Source: Nanobdellota archaeon (GTDB lineage Archaea; Nanobdellota; Nanobdellia; Pacearchaeales; GW2011-AR1). Taken from it: 64,000 nucleotides of DNA. The notes beneath the pieces were generated by a model, which did not search any database, was not told the DNA's origin, and worked only from the letters and a program-made list of their open reading frames with translations. Shown here piece after piece: positions 40,801 to 48,787 of the stretch (the stretch's first letter is position 1; the number at the start of each line of letters is the position of its first letter). The translations under genes and the position numbers were made by a program. The stretch lies in contig JAUSIK010000013.1 in NCBI GenBank assembly GCA_030648155.1, forward strand, positions 65,924 to 129,923, given 5' to 3'.

Positions 40801-43791
40801 ACTCATCTGGCAAGCATGAGCACTTATAATACAGAGGGATTTACTGTTAATGGTATTAAGAGAAAAGGTTTCAAGGGAGGAGATATTTACTTATTGGGAC
40901 TGAACAAAGATACAGAGGGATATTCTGTTCAGGAAGTTTATAGGAAGACTGGAGATAATAAATATGAAATATTAGATAGTAGTGAGAGGGGAGATTTCTT
41001 AGATATATATGGAATTGGCAGAATAACTCCAGCAGATAGTGTAAGTTATGCAAATTCATACGAAAACCCTGAAGTAAGATATTATGAAACTGAACCATAC
41101 AAGGGAATGCCTGCGATTGTACCTTTTGATGTTAGAGATGGGTGGTATGCTGCGACAAGACAGACTTTACCTGCATTTGGAGGAATAGGAGCATTTGATT
41201 CTAGCGGAAGAGTTACTAGTTTTTACTTATGCAATGTTGGACCTAATCATAAAGAGCAATTCTTTGAGGGATATGGGGATGATATTTGCCAATTAATTAA
41301 TTTGAATACAGGACAGCCTTATGGATTCTTCCCAGGGTTGAGTGAGACTGAAGCAAAAAGAAGAGTTGGACAGGCAGTTGGTGCAATTGAAGATGCTGCA
41401 AATCAATATGGCAGGAAACTTGCAAGAGTTGCTGGAAAGGATTTTGCGGTTGGAAGGCCTGCTGCAAACATTCCTTCAACTCAATGCCAGAACTTTATGT
41501 CTCCTGAAGAATGCCATTTAATGTTTAATGTTTGTGATCCTGTTATTTGTCCTTCATCTAGATGTGATTTTGGAGGGCAATATCCTGTAGCAGACGTTGT
41601 ACAGACTGGAATAATTGGATCAACATTATTATGTCTTCCTAATATTAGAGAAAAAATTATTATTCCTGTTTGCTTGACAGGAATACATGCTGGAATTGAT
41701 GGGTTTGTAAGTATTCTAAAAAATCATAGAGATTGCTTGCAAGAAAGTTTAGAAACTGGGAGAACAATTGGAATTTGCGACCAGATTTATTCAATATATT
41801 TATGTGAATTTTTCTGGCGACAGATTTCTCCTGTTGCCAAAGTAATTTTACCAAAGATAGTTGAACTTGCTTATGGGCAGGGAACACGAGGTGGTGGAGA
41901 ATATCTTACTGTAAGTGCAGCTTGGCAGAATACACAAGACTCTGTAAATTATTTCACTCAAAGCTATGCTGCGAATTCTATTAAAGCATTCCAGGCAAGA
42001 AGTATAGAAGAGGCAGGGGCTCCATTCTGTAAGGCATTTGTTTCTGCAAAGGCACCTACTTCGTTTGAGAGTTTAATTGAACCTGACAGTCCTCCACAAT
42101 TCCATGCATGGTTTAGTGCTACTAGATTTACAGATGCAACTGTTCCTGCTACTTCACAGTATAAAGTATTTTATCATATATTTTCTGGAAAGGATCAGGG
42201 TGTGCATTATAGTGTATATATGAAGAATCCCCCTACATCCAGCTACTATAGTTTGCCTGCCATTGTACATGTTGCTTCTGGATTTGTTGGAAGAGGGCAG
42301 TATGCAACCGAAAGTAAAGACTTTACTGCTCCAGAAGGATATAAAGAATTATGTGTAAGAGTAAATGATAAGGAAGAATGTGGATTTAAAGAAGTATCAA
42401 CAAGCTTTGCAATTAATTCTCTAAGAGATAGTTATGTAGCTGACCAGGCAAAAGAATCAGAAATAAAAACTGAAGGGGAATGCATAAGTGGAAGCACAAG
42501 TTTAAAGGCAACTGTATTAAGTCCTAATATTGGGGCAAATGCAGAAGAGGCAGGTTTGCCACAAATTTATAATAGGGGAATTGTTAGAATTTGTTCAAGC
42601 AAAAACCCTGGAAGCGCGACTGATCCTAGTAGATTTGCTGATAAGGGATTTTGCGGTGATCCAAAATTAAGATGCTGGCTTGATAAAAATAGTGTGGCTA
42701 ATGCAATAACCGATAACAATGCAGGAGTTAGAGACGCGACATTATCGGAAATTGAGAAAACTCAAAGAGAAGATTTAGCTAATAAGGGAATAATTGTTGG
42801 AGATGATGTTGCAGTAGAAGAAATTAAGCAAATAAGAGATTCTATAAATATGTTAAGGACAAAGGCAGAAGTAAGCGACCAGGAAGTAACAGAAACAACA
42901 ATTCGACTAGATTCTTTATTTGATAGAGTGGTGCTTAATCATCATAAGGCGCAAATACTTTATTTAATTGGAGACAGCAAAGCAGTGCAGGTTGAAAAAA
43001 TTATTGCAAAAATAAGAAACCAGGAGAGCAGGAAATCAGAAGTTGTGAAGGGAACAGAGGTTCCGACTCCAACTGAAACTCCAAAGGCAACTGCTACTGT
43101 GACACCAAAGTCAACTCTATCTCCAGAGGCGACTCCGCAAGTTACAAATAATCCTGTTAAATTAACTCTTGGGCAGGATTATAACAGCAAGATTAAAATT
43201 TATTTGTATAAAGATGGAAAGATTACAGATATTTATTTTTTGAATTCAGAGATATTTATTGAAGATTTTGCACTTTGGATTGATAGAAGAATTGGAAAAG
43301 TGAATAAAAATAAAATAGAGGTATTTTCTTATAATATTGATGATACTAATACTGCATTAGGGGGAGAGTATGATGAATTTTTTGACGGGTATTTTGTTGA
43401 GGGAAGAAATATAATAAAAATAGAAGGTACAAAAGAGGTTATTGATGCAGAAAGGAGTGAGGGAGATTATCAATACATATTAAGCAATGAGTATAACCCT
43501 GAAAATACGATTAGCATCATAGAAAAAAGTTCTACTGCGGATAGAATAATATTGATTATTGAGAAAGGAAAAATTTATACTCCTCAATTAAAGATATTGA
43601 TCGGAAATGTTCGACCAATTGAGGAAGGATTATTTGAAATTCAACTAATTAGTGAAGCTAATAGTGTGAACGGATTACAAGCTTATTTAGATAGCAAAGG
43701 ATTATTTATTCCTGAAAGTAAAGTCCTCATTTATTACAATTTAAATAATGCGATTATCGAGGGAAAAGAAATAATTATATCTTTAACTTGA
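37825..43791 (+). CDS. Giant (1988 aa) secreted Cys-rich protein
   Basis: Sec signal peptide, Cys clusters, PT-rich linker; ATGA-coupled to upstream gene. Confidence 0.8.
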   Translation: MRKEILLGIVILFVLVVGVEAQVGGSFSQSVTYQHRASYQAIYGPEDRLNTYWPILGDKETCQARQDFILQISPAGCQPAVVRSDLLAEQNVPVFCQIDALQINPLIDVDKIRSLRFTGKYPQEILGAGFHPARAALRTRDKLLGSPLINNIGYVVVVLKKNPVEKNVPDFVNVTLSAQIDYEAGNAFGIGKAEFILEPVSDYEWETQKFKQSFWNGRYFVRLEQVDPNFVVVSLFSGERKISTTRVGRGETSSSIWVPGVYCRAGVKVTYDGLVAAENKATISISDDKGTDILDVYDGSRFLNDKCSVDKIEIYDEKSSSTVKAGNVSIRCSDGQRLELKLGDVLKEDKWHLSEKYDPTKRIDVFLDLGKKIKSGIYFKDAKVYLEYIENDVNFDGPLFVLEIGEVRNNVVYMDAIKFGDAIKDVNLNVINEVKNSFELLDGAKIVNEELKLDAYNINSNIDELNLGDENENKLREAISAFRNVSDQYPAERDSNSKDGESWGERALKKAIDLASLAGKEKIRADLIKEFVDRYPDSNFADSYRYEYNQIVSTDFSRAGGVINIDQRFYNVRLVDLEIPRKQSSADFALTGVESGNVKVNLNELKNIIDRGVGSIDSIRLDKIHDEENVKASINCRVEKSGGGYGLKSESYNLKLNDEATKVCDKAFIKLRDTHIEQIAKVRLIPEAQGTRTETNLTVNIGIEKRAIKLSPDKTSEMIENLNESIKKWENINEKLGKVVSGLKGACFATAGVLTVKNFISGIGGEALARQKVMVGWTKECSDLVNANPPKYPTLNACYLAKSDEINKDVSSANEAINQINTRIEGIERNYVESSSIGGTDINRGKAAVAYCNDLKTRYGTRDVKIKEGANERTLKFSEVLGDCEQGYNNQGLYGYNELREIEYNLIMKDRASSVNVKDSSNRLLQGSYDQIYENRHRYEEVEKAKATKTLGLPSVPIAPTSSIRKNVVGEVVSVGGVSSDVKIDKLDKEKNTHLASMSTYNTEGFTVNGIKRKGFKGGDIYLLGLNKDTEGYSVQEVYRKTGDNKYEILDSSERGDFLDIYGIGRITPADSVSYANSYENPEVRYYETEPYKGMPAIVPFDVRDGWYAATRQTLPAFGGIGAFDSSGRVTSFYLCNVGPNHKEQFFEGYGDDICQLINLNTGQPYGFFPGLSETEAKRRVGQAVGAIEDAANQYGRKLARVAGKDFAVGRPAANIPSTQCQNFMSPEECHLMFNVCDPVICPSSRCDFGGQYPVADVVQTGIIGSTLLCLPNIREKIIIPVCLTGIHAGIDGFVSILKNHRDCLQESLETGRTIGICDQIYSIYLCEFFWRQISPVAKVILPKIVELAYGQGTRGGGEYLTVSAAWQNTQDSVNYFTQSYAANSIKAFQARSIEEAGAPFCKAFVSAKAPTSFESLIEPDSPPQFHAWFSATRFTDATVPATSQYKVFYHIFSGKDQGVHYSVYMKNPPTSSYYSLPAIVHVASGFVGRGQYATESKDFTAPEGYKELCVRVNDKEECGFKEVSTSFAINSLRDSYVADQAKESEIKTEGECISGSTSLKATVLSPNIGANAEEAGLPQIYNRGIVRICSSKNPGSATDPSRFADKGFCGDPKLRCWLDKNSVANAITDNNAGVRDATLSEIEKTQREDLANKGIIVGDDVAVEEIKQIRDSINMLRTKAEVSDQEVTETTIRLDSLFDRVVLNHHKAQILYLIGDSKAVQVEKIIAKIRNQESRKSEVVKGTEVPTPTETPKATATVTPKSTLSPEATPQVTNNPVKLTLGQDYNSKIKIYLYKDGKITDIYFLNSEIFIEDFALWIDRRIGKVNKNKIEVFSYNIDDTNTALGGEYDEFFDGYFVEGRNIIKIEGTKEVIDAERSEGDYQYILSNEYNPENTISIIEKSSTADRIILIIEKGKIYTPQLKILIGNVRPIEEGLFEIQLISEANSVNGLQAYLDSKGLFIPESKVLIYYNLNNAIIEGKEIIISLT

Positions 43792-43829
43792 AAAGTCGAA
43801 GAAACTTCTAATTAATTGGGTAAATATTT

Positions 43830-43989
43830 TGAAATGCGGGAAGAAGGATCCTGAAATACAAACTTTTTAGAAAAAAGTTTCTATGAGTTCAAAAACTTAG
43901 AAGGCTATTGATTCTCAATAGTTGTCTAGCGTATGCACATTCCTTCAGAATTGACATGATCTTTGATCATGAAATGCGGGAAGAAGGAT
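43830..43989. mobile_element. Second copy of non-coding element, at tRNA-Leu 3' end, with 20-bp flanking duplication
   Basis: TGAAATGCGGGAAGAAGGAT at 43830 and 43970; 80-bp core identical to tRNA-Thr copy. Confidence 0.75.
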
Positions 43990-44058
43990 TCGAACCTTCG
44001 AAGGCACTAAGCCACTTGGTCCTAAGCCAAGTCCGTTTGACCGCTCCGGCATCCCCGC
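43975..44058 (-). tRNA. tRNA-Leu(TAG)
   Basis: CTTGG-CTTAGGA-CCAAG anticodon arm, long variable arm, TTCGAAT T-loop. Confidence 0.93.
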
Positions 44059-44287
44059 ATAAAATTAGGGAGATAAATAGAGTTTTAAAGATTTGGGTTA
44101 GAGATTTTAAAAATTCAAAGTACTGATATTATTCTTAAAAAGGATTTGTGGAAAAAAGAAATGATAGTCCATATGATGGCAAGAAGGTTGATTCAAGCTA
44201 TTTGATCGATAATAAAAGTAGAATTCTGGCATAATAGTGAAAAGTATAAATTATTGAATAGAAATAATAAAAAATATTATTCGAAAC

Positions 44288-44323
44288 AAGTTAAATTCTG
44301 CAAAAATGAGCAGTTAAGTGCTC
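44288..44323 (+). repeat. Dispersed repeat, copy 1 (partner 45516-45551)
   Basis: AAGTTAAA[T/C]TCTGCAAAAAT-N4-AGTTAAGTGCTC. Confidence 0.7.
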
Positions 44324-44368
44324 TTTGATAAATGTTCTTGACTTTTAGAGATAGGAATGTTTATAAAT

Positions 44369-44390
44369 ATGTTTATACATGTATAAACAT
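44369..44390. promoter_or_regulatory. Perfect 22-bp palindromic operator overlapping start codon
   Basis: ATGTTTATACATGTATAAACAT downstream of TTTATAAA. Confidence 0.65.
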
Positions 44391-45177
44391 GAGACATGAG
44401 ATAATTAAACAGGCATTTAAATTAGGGAATTCTGCTGGAGTTCTTCTACCTAATGAATGGAGAAACAAGAAAGTATTGATTAAACTTATTGAAAAATCTA
44501 TTACAGAAGAGATATTTGAGATTTTAGAGGAGAATAATTTGTTGAAAAATACAATTGGGATTTTTTTAGCTGGGAGCTATGCTAGGGGAGAGGAAACGGA
44601 AGATAGTGATATTGATGTTTTAGTTATAACTGATAATTTCAATAAGCAAATAAAAAATGGAAAATATGAGATAGTTTTTATTTCTAAAGATAGATTAGAC
44701 AACTCTATTATGAAAAGTATTTATTTAGCTTCTTTGATTAGTGAATCTAAGGCAATTTTAAACGGGTATTTTTTAGAACTGTATAAAAATAAGGTTAAGG
44801 GTATTTTTATAAAAAAACAATTGGATGAAATAAAATCTATGACTGGAATAAATGAAAAATCCATTGAAATAGATAAAGAAATGGGGGAGAAAGTTCCTGA
44901 TGAGACTATATATTCTGTAGTTTTGAGACTAAGAGAAATATATTTAATTGAATCCTTAAAAAATAATAAAGATTTTTCTAATAAAGAATTTTTAGGATTG
45001 ATAAGAAGCATTGCTAGTGAAGAATCATACAATGCTTATTTAAGGATTAAGAATAATTTGAAACCTAAACAGACTATTGCGGTTGAAGAAGCTATGGCTT
45101 TAATAGATGAACTAAAGAAAAGAATTAGGAGGCTGAAAAATGGCAAAAAGAAGCAAAAGATTGAAGAAAGCGATTGA
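44389..45177 (+). CDS. AbrB/DUF2080-like + nucleotidyltransferase-domain protein
   Basis: LGNSAGVLLPNEW; LAGSYARGE...SDIDVL; ATG at 44389 preferred. Confidence 0.8.
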   Translation: MRHEIIKQAFKLGNSAGVLLPNEWRNKKVLIKLIEKSITEEIFEILEENNLLKNTIGIFLAGSYARGEETEDSDIDVLVITDNFNKQIKNGKYEIVFISKDRLDNSIMKSIYLASLISESKAILNGYFLELYKNKVKGIFIKKQLDEIKSMTGINEKSIEIDKEMGEKVPDETIYSVVLRLREIYLIESLKNNKDFSNKEFLGLIRSIASEESYNAYLRIKNNLKPKQTIAVEEAMALIDELKKRIRRLKNGKKKQKIEESD

Positions 45178-45406
45178 GAGTTATAAAGATGAAATAGAAA
45201 AACATTTTAATAAGTTAGATAAAGATATTGAAGAAGGAGGTAATATATTGGCTAGATATTATATTAAGGAGCTAGATAAAAGTCTTATTGATGCTTTAGA
45301 AAAAAAACTTGGTTTACTAGGGGAGGATGAGGAAACTAGTGAGTTATTGAAAAAATATAAGGCACGCTTGATGGAATATAAGAAAAAAGTTGGTGAATTT
45401 GGATAA
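45140..45406 (+). CDS. Small helical partner protein
   Basis: Overlaps MNT gene; GGAGG RBS. Confidence 0.65.
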   Translation: MAKRSKRLKKAIESYKDEIEKHFNKLDKDIEEGGNILARYYIKELDKSLIDALEKKLGLLGEDEETSELLKKYKARLMEYKKKVGEFG

Positions 45407-45515
45407 ATGCCTTCAGGAGATAATTAGCATTAGGTTAAGAATCTCACGAGCCAAAAACGAGGTTTGTAGTCGATGAGCTTTTTTCATCAAAAAAGTTGTA
45501 GTTAAAAAAGTGTTA

Positions 45516-45551
45516 AAGTTAAACTCTGCAAAAATAGGAAGTTAAGTGCTC
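45516..45551 (+). repeat. Dispersed repeat, copy 2
   Basis: Matches 44288-44323; its end has an inverted partial copy at 48665-48677. Confidence 0.7.
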
Positions 45552-45607
45552 CCCGAATAGACTGAATCAATCACAATGGTTAAAAATGAGGGTAGGGTAG
45601 TAGAATT

Positions 45608-46315
45608 ATGTTTGGAAAAAATAAATACGTAAACTTCGTTTCAGATAAAGATTTTTTGAAGTGTGTAGAGCATGTTTGTAAAGGATATGCTGAAGCTAGA
45701 GATAATTTATCCATAGAGGATTTAAAGAGTAATGGTCTAGATCCGTTTAAGACCTTATTTGACTTAATCAATAAAAGAATAAGTTTTGATACTTGGTTAA
45801 AAAATGAAGAAATGAGACAAGCTGATAAAACTCTGAATAATAGAATTGGAGAGTTTCATCAAAAATTACTTGGAAGTGTTAAGAATTGGGTAGATTTGGG
45901 AATTGGTGATGATTCTAAGGTAGACTTAATGAAAAAAGATAAATCTATATTTATAGAGTTAAAAAATAAATTTAATACAGTAAATTCAGATTCCTTAGAT
46001 AAAGTTAGGGATAAGTTGGAAAGAGCAGTAGCACAGAATAAAAAAGCCAAAGCATACTGGGCTTTCATTATATCAAAAGACAATTCATCAGGAGATAGAA
46101 TTTGGAATAAAAAAGGTAGAAAAACAAACGAAAGAATAAGAGTAATTTATGGTTCTAAAGTTTATGAGTTAATAACTGGAGATAAAGATGCTTTAAAGAA
46201 AACTTGGTTGGCTCTCCCAAGAGCAATAAATGATTATTTCAATGGGAAAGCGGTAATGATTCCTGAAGAGGATATGAAAAAGCTCGTAGGTTTGTTTGGA
46301 TCGGCTCTTCAATAA
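45608..46315 (+). CDS. Type II restriction endonuclease, Eco47II family
   Basis: DPFK..FD, RQADKTLNNRIGEFHQ, ELKNKFNTVNS; adjacent C5 MTase. Confidence 0.85.
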   Translation: MFGKNKYVNFVSDKDFLKCVEHVCKGYAEARDNLSIEDLKSNGLDPFKTLFDLINKRISFDTWLKNEEMRQADKTLNNRIGEFHQKLLGSVKNWVDLGIGDDSKVDLMKKDKSIFIELKNKFNTVNSDSLDKVRDKLERAVAQNKKAKAYWAFIISKDNSSGDRIWNKKGRKTNERIRVIYGSKVYELITGDKDALKKTWLALPRAINDYFNGKAVMIPEEDMKKLVGLFGSALQ

Positions 46316-47306
46316 TTTTCTCGTTTGTATTTGATAAAGCTTTAATTATTTGTTTTCCAACTTCTTCTGCTAATTTTACTGGAACAGCGTTGCCTATTTG
46401 TTTATATTGAGAAGATACACTTCCAACAAATTCCCAGTTATCTGGAAAAGTCTGTATTCTTGCATATTCTCTAATTGTGAATGGCCTTGTTTCTTCTGGG
46501 TGACATCTCTCAGTTTGTTTTTGAGAAGGAGAGGTAGTTAACGTTAAACAAGGTTCATCCCAAGAGATACGTCTCGCCATTCCTCTTTTTCCCCCGCCAC
46601 TAAATAAGCTCTTACCCATAAACTCTTTTTGAATGCCTTTTGGTAAATTTACCCAACTTCCACCAGGAGGAACTAAATCCAATACTTTCTTTCTCTTTTC
46701 AGAATATTTAGTTCCTAGGGAAGAAGGAACTTCCTTAAGAGCATCTTTTAAAGTTGTTGTATTTTTGTGAGGGGTAGGATATTCAAAATTTATCTTATCT
46801 TTTGTTCCTATAATAATAATTCTTTTTCTTTTTTGCGGAACAGAATAATTAACTGCGTCTAGTATTTTGTATTTAACTTTATAACCTAAAGAGGTAAGAA
46901 CTTCAACCATTGTTTTCAAAGTTCTACCGCCGTCATGATTAGCTAATCCTGAAACATTTTCAGCCCAGAATATTTTAGGTTGTATTTCTTTTACGGCTCT
47001 TGCAAACTCAAAAAATAGAGTTCCTCTTATATCTTCAAAACCAAGTCTTTTACCGGCATGACTAAATGCCTGACAGGGAAAGCCCCCAGTTAAAACATCT
47101 GCTTCAATTCCTTTAAAGTCAACATCTTTTATGTCTTTATGTGTAATATTCCAGTTAGGCCTATTTTTTCTTAAAGTAGATACACAATCTTTATCAATTT
47201 CATTAAGAAAAACGTTTTTTAATCCAGCTTTTTCTAAACCCAGCGCTAATCCCCCAGCACCAGCAAATAGTTCTACAATAGTAAAATCGCCCTCTTTTTT
47301 TATCAT
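46239..47306 (-). CDS. DNA (cytosine-5)-methyltransferase, Eco47II/Sau96I-like
   Basis: FAGAGG, GFPCQ, ENV, QxRxR, YKQIGNAVP; TRD SPSQKQTERCHP. Confidence 0.95.
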   Translation of the reverse strand: MIKKEGDFTIVELFAGAGGLALGLEKAGLKNVFLNEIDKDCVSTLRKNRPNWNITHKDIKDVDFKGIEADVLTGGFPCQAFSHAGKRLGFEDIRGTLFFEFARAVKEIQPKIFWAENVSGLANHDGGRTLKTMVEVLTSLGYKVKYKILDAVNYSVPQKRKRIIIIGTKDKINFEYPTPHKNTTTLKDALKEVPSSLGTKYSEKRKKVLDLVPPGGSWVNLPKGIQKEFMGKSLFSGGGKRGMARRISWDEPCLTLTTSPSQKQTERCHPEETRPFTIREYARIQTFPDNWEFVGSVSSQYKQIGNAVPVKLAEEVGKQIIKALSNTNEKIIEEPIQTNLRAFSYPLQESLPLSH

Positions 47307-47407
47307 ACTTTAATCATGTATTCATAGTTTAAATATTTTTGGTCCAGAGGGTGTAACTTTGGAGAGGTTCAAGCTAGTATAGTTATTTTAAAAACATGTT
47401 CAATTTT

Positions 47408-48286
47408 CTAAAACCACTTCTTTAATGATTGGTTTTGGTATTTAGAGAGATTAGTCTCAAACTGCCAGAAGTTTATTTGTCCATTTGGATTTTTTGTATA
47501 TATTCCTTTTTGGGTATCAAAGGTTACTTCGAAGTTACTGCCTGAGAATTTTTCTTTCATATATCTTAACACCTCTATTCTCTCTTTTTGTTTATTTGAA
47601 AGTGTAGTATTCTGATTATCCAATCTTGTTTGATTTGTACTTAAGTTACATGTTGGGCAATCCAGACTATAAAATGCAGCAACACCGCTAAAAAAGTCAG
47701 CTATTTGACATAAAGGAAATTTCTTAGAATCTACTTGTTCTATCTCTGATACGGCAAAATCTTTTTTTATCTCAAAAATGTGACTTCCATCTTCTTTCTT
47801 CTTGATAAATATTTTTGATGAAATATTATCCAAAATCTTCTTTAATTCTTCCCAATTAATTACTCCCTGCTCATCTGGAAATATAACCCATTCTGCTTCC
47901 GAAGACCACCTTTTTGTAAATACATTTTTGAACAAGTGGAAATACATTTTTCCCAAGATAGTGTTATTGTCTTCTGGAATTTGTTCCTTTCTTTTATAGG
48001 AGTTCCAAATAACAACATCGATTCTTAGAGTTTTATCTTTTAGAAACTGAAAAACCAAGTCAATAATTTTTTTGGCGGCTAATCTTTCTCTTGCGCTTCC
48101 TAGTTTAGACCATTTAAATTCCTTAAGCCCAGATTCTGTTAAGAGTTTTGCCATTTTATTTTCGATTAAGCTAACAGCTTTCAGTTCCATAGATAGCATA
48201 CATATTGAGCTATATTCTCCTCCGTGATAATATGATTCATCAGAGTAAGCTACATGAGTATGATTTTTTTTATTCCTTTCTTCCAT
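47408..48286 (-). CDS. DUF3800-family protein
   Basis: YSDES, EFKW, VDSK...QIADF. Confidence 0.8.
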   Translation of the reverse strand: MEERNKKNHTHVAYSDESYYHGGEYSSICMLSMELKAVSLIENKMAKLLTESGLKEFKWSKLGSARERLAAKKIIDLVFQFLKDKTLRIDVVIWNSYKRKEQIPEDNNTILGKMYFHLFKNVFTKRWSSEAEWVIFPDEQGVINWEELKKILDNISSKIFIKKKEDGSHIFEIKKDFAVSEIEQVDSKKFPLCQIADFFSGVAAFYSLDCPTCNLSTNQTRLDNQNTTLSNKQKERIEVLRYMKEKFSGSNFEVTFDTQKGIYTKNPNGQINFWQFETNLSKYQNQSLKKWF

Positions 48287-48326
48287 AAAGTTCCAACTAG
48301 GAAATTTAACTCCCTATTTCTCATTT

Positions 48327-48488
48327 TTATCTGTGGTGTACATTGAAAATTATCTTGAATGCGCCTATCGCTCCAAGTATAGTTATTAATCCCGTAGCCG
48401 GAATATAAATGCCGTCTAGCCAAATAGCCCAGACTAAGCTACATACTAACCAACCGATTAGGAAAACTACTAGGTCTGCTAAATCCAT
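48327..48488 (-). CDS. 53-aa two-TM membrane protein (not in ORF track)
   Basis: MDLADLVVFLIGWLVCSLVWAIW...; AAAGGAGGT RBS. Confidence 0.6.
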   Translation of the reverse strand: MDLADLVVFLIGWLVCSLVWAIWLDGIYIPATGLITILGAIGAFKIIFNVHHR

Positions 48489-48787
48489 TTTTGTCTTACC
48501 TCCTTTGAGATTCAGTTCTCTTTTCTACAGTAAGACCAGAACTTGTTTAAGAGGTCTTACTAACCTCTTTTTTTCATTTATCTGACTAATAATTCAAATT
48601 TATAAAATTTTCTGTTCTCTAGAATTTCTCTAATTTTTAAAAAATATAACTCTAACGCTCCTACGGGAGCACTCAACCATTTCCAAAATTTCTTATAGAC
48701 GATAAAAATGTCTGAGATCGTGCAAACATTGACCCAAGGTGACACGCCCTCACGAGATTATTATTTAGAATGAATGCCTTAGAAAAA

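Noticed and set aside
43908-44126. 72-aa ORF (MREEGFEPS...)
   Set aside because: Antisense reading of tRNA-Leu and the repeat element.
45608-47306. Assigning GGNCC/GGWCC specificity from site avoidance
   Set aside because: GGNCC sites occur throughout the window and no counts could be run; specificity rests on family resemblance only.
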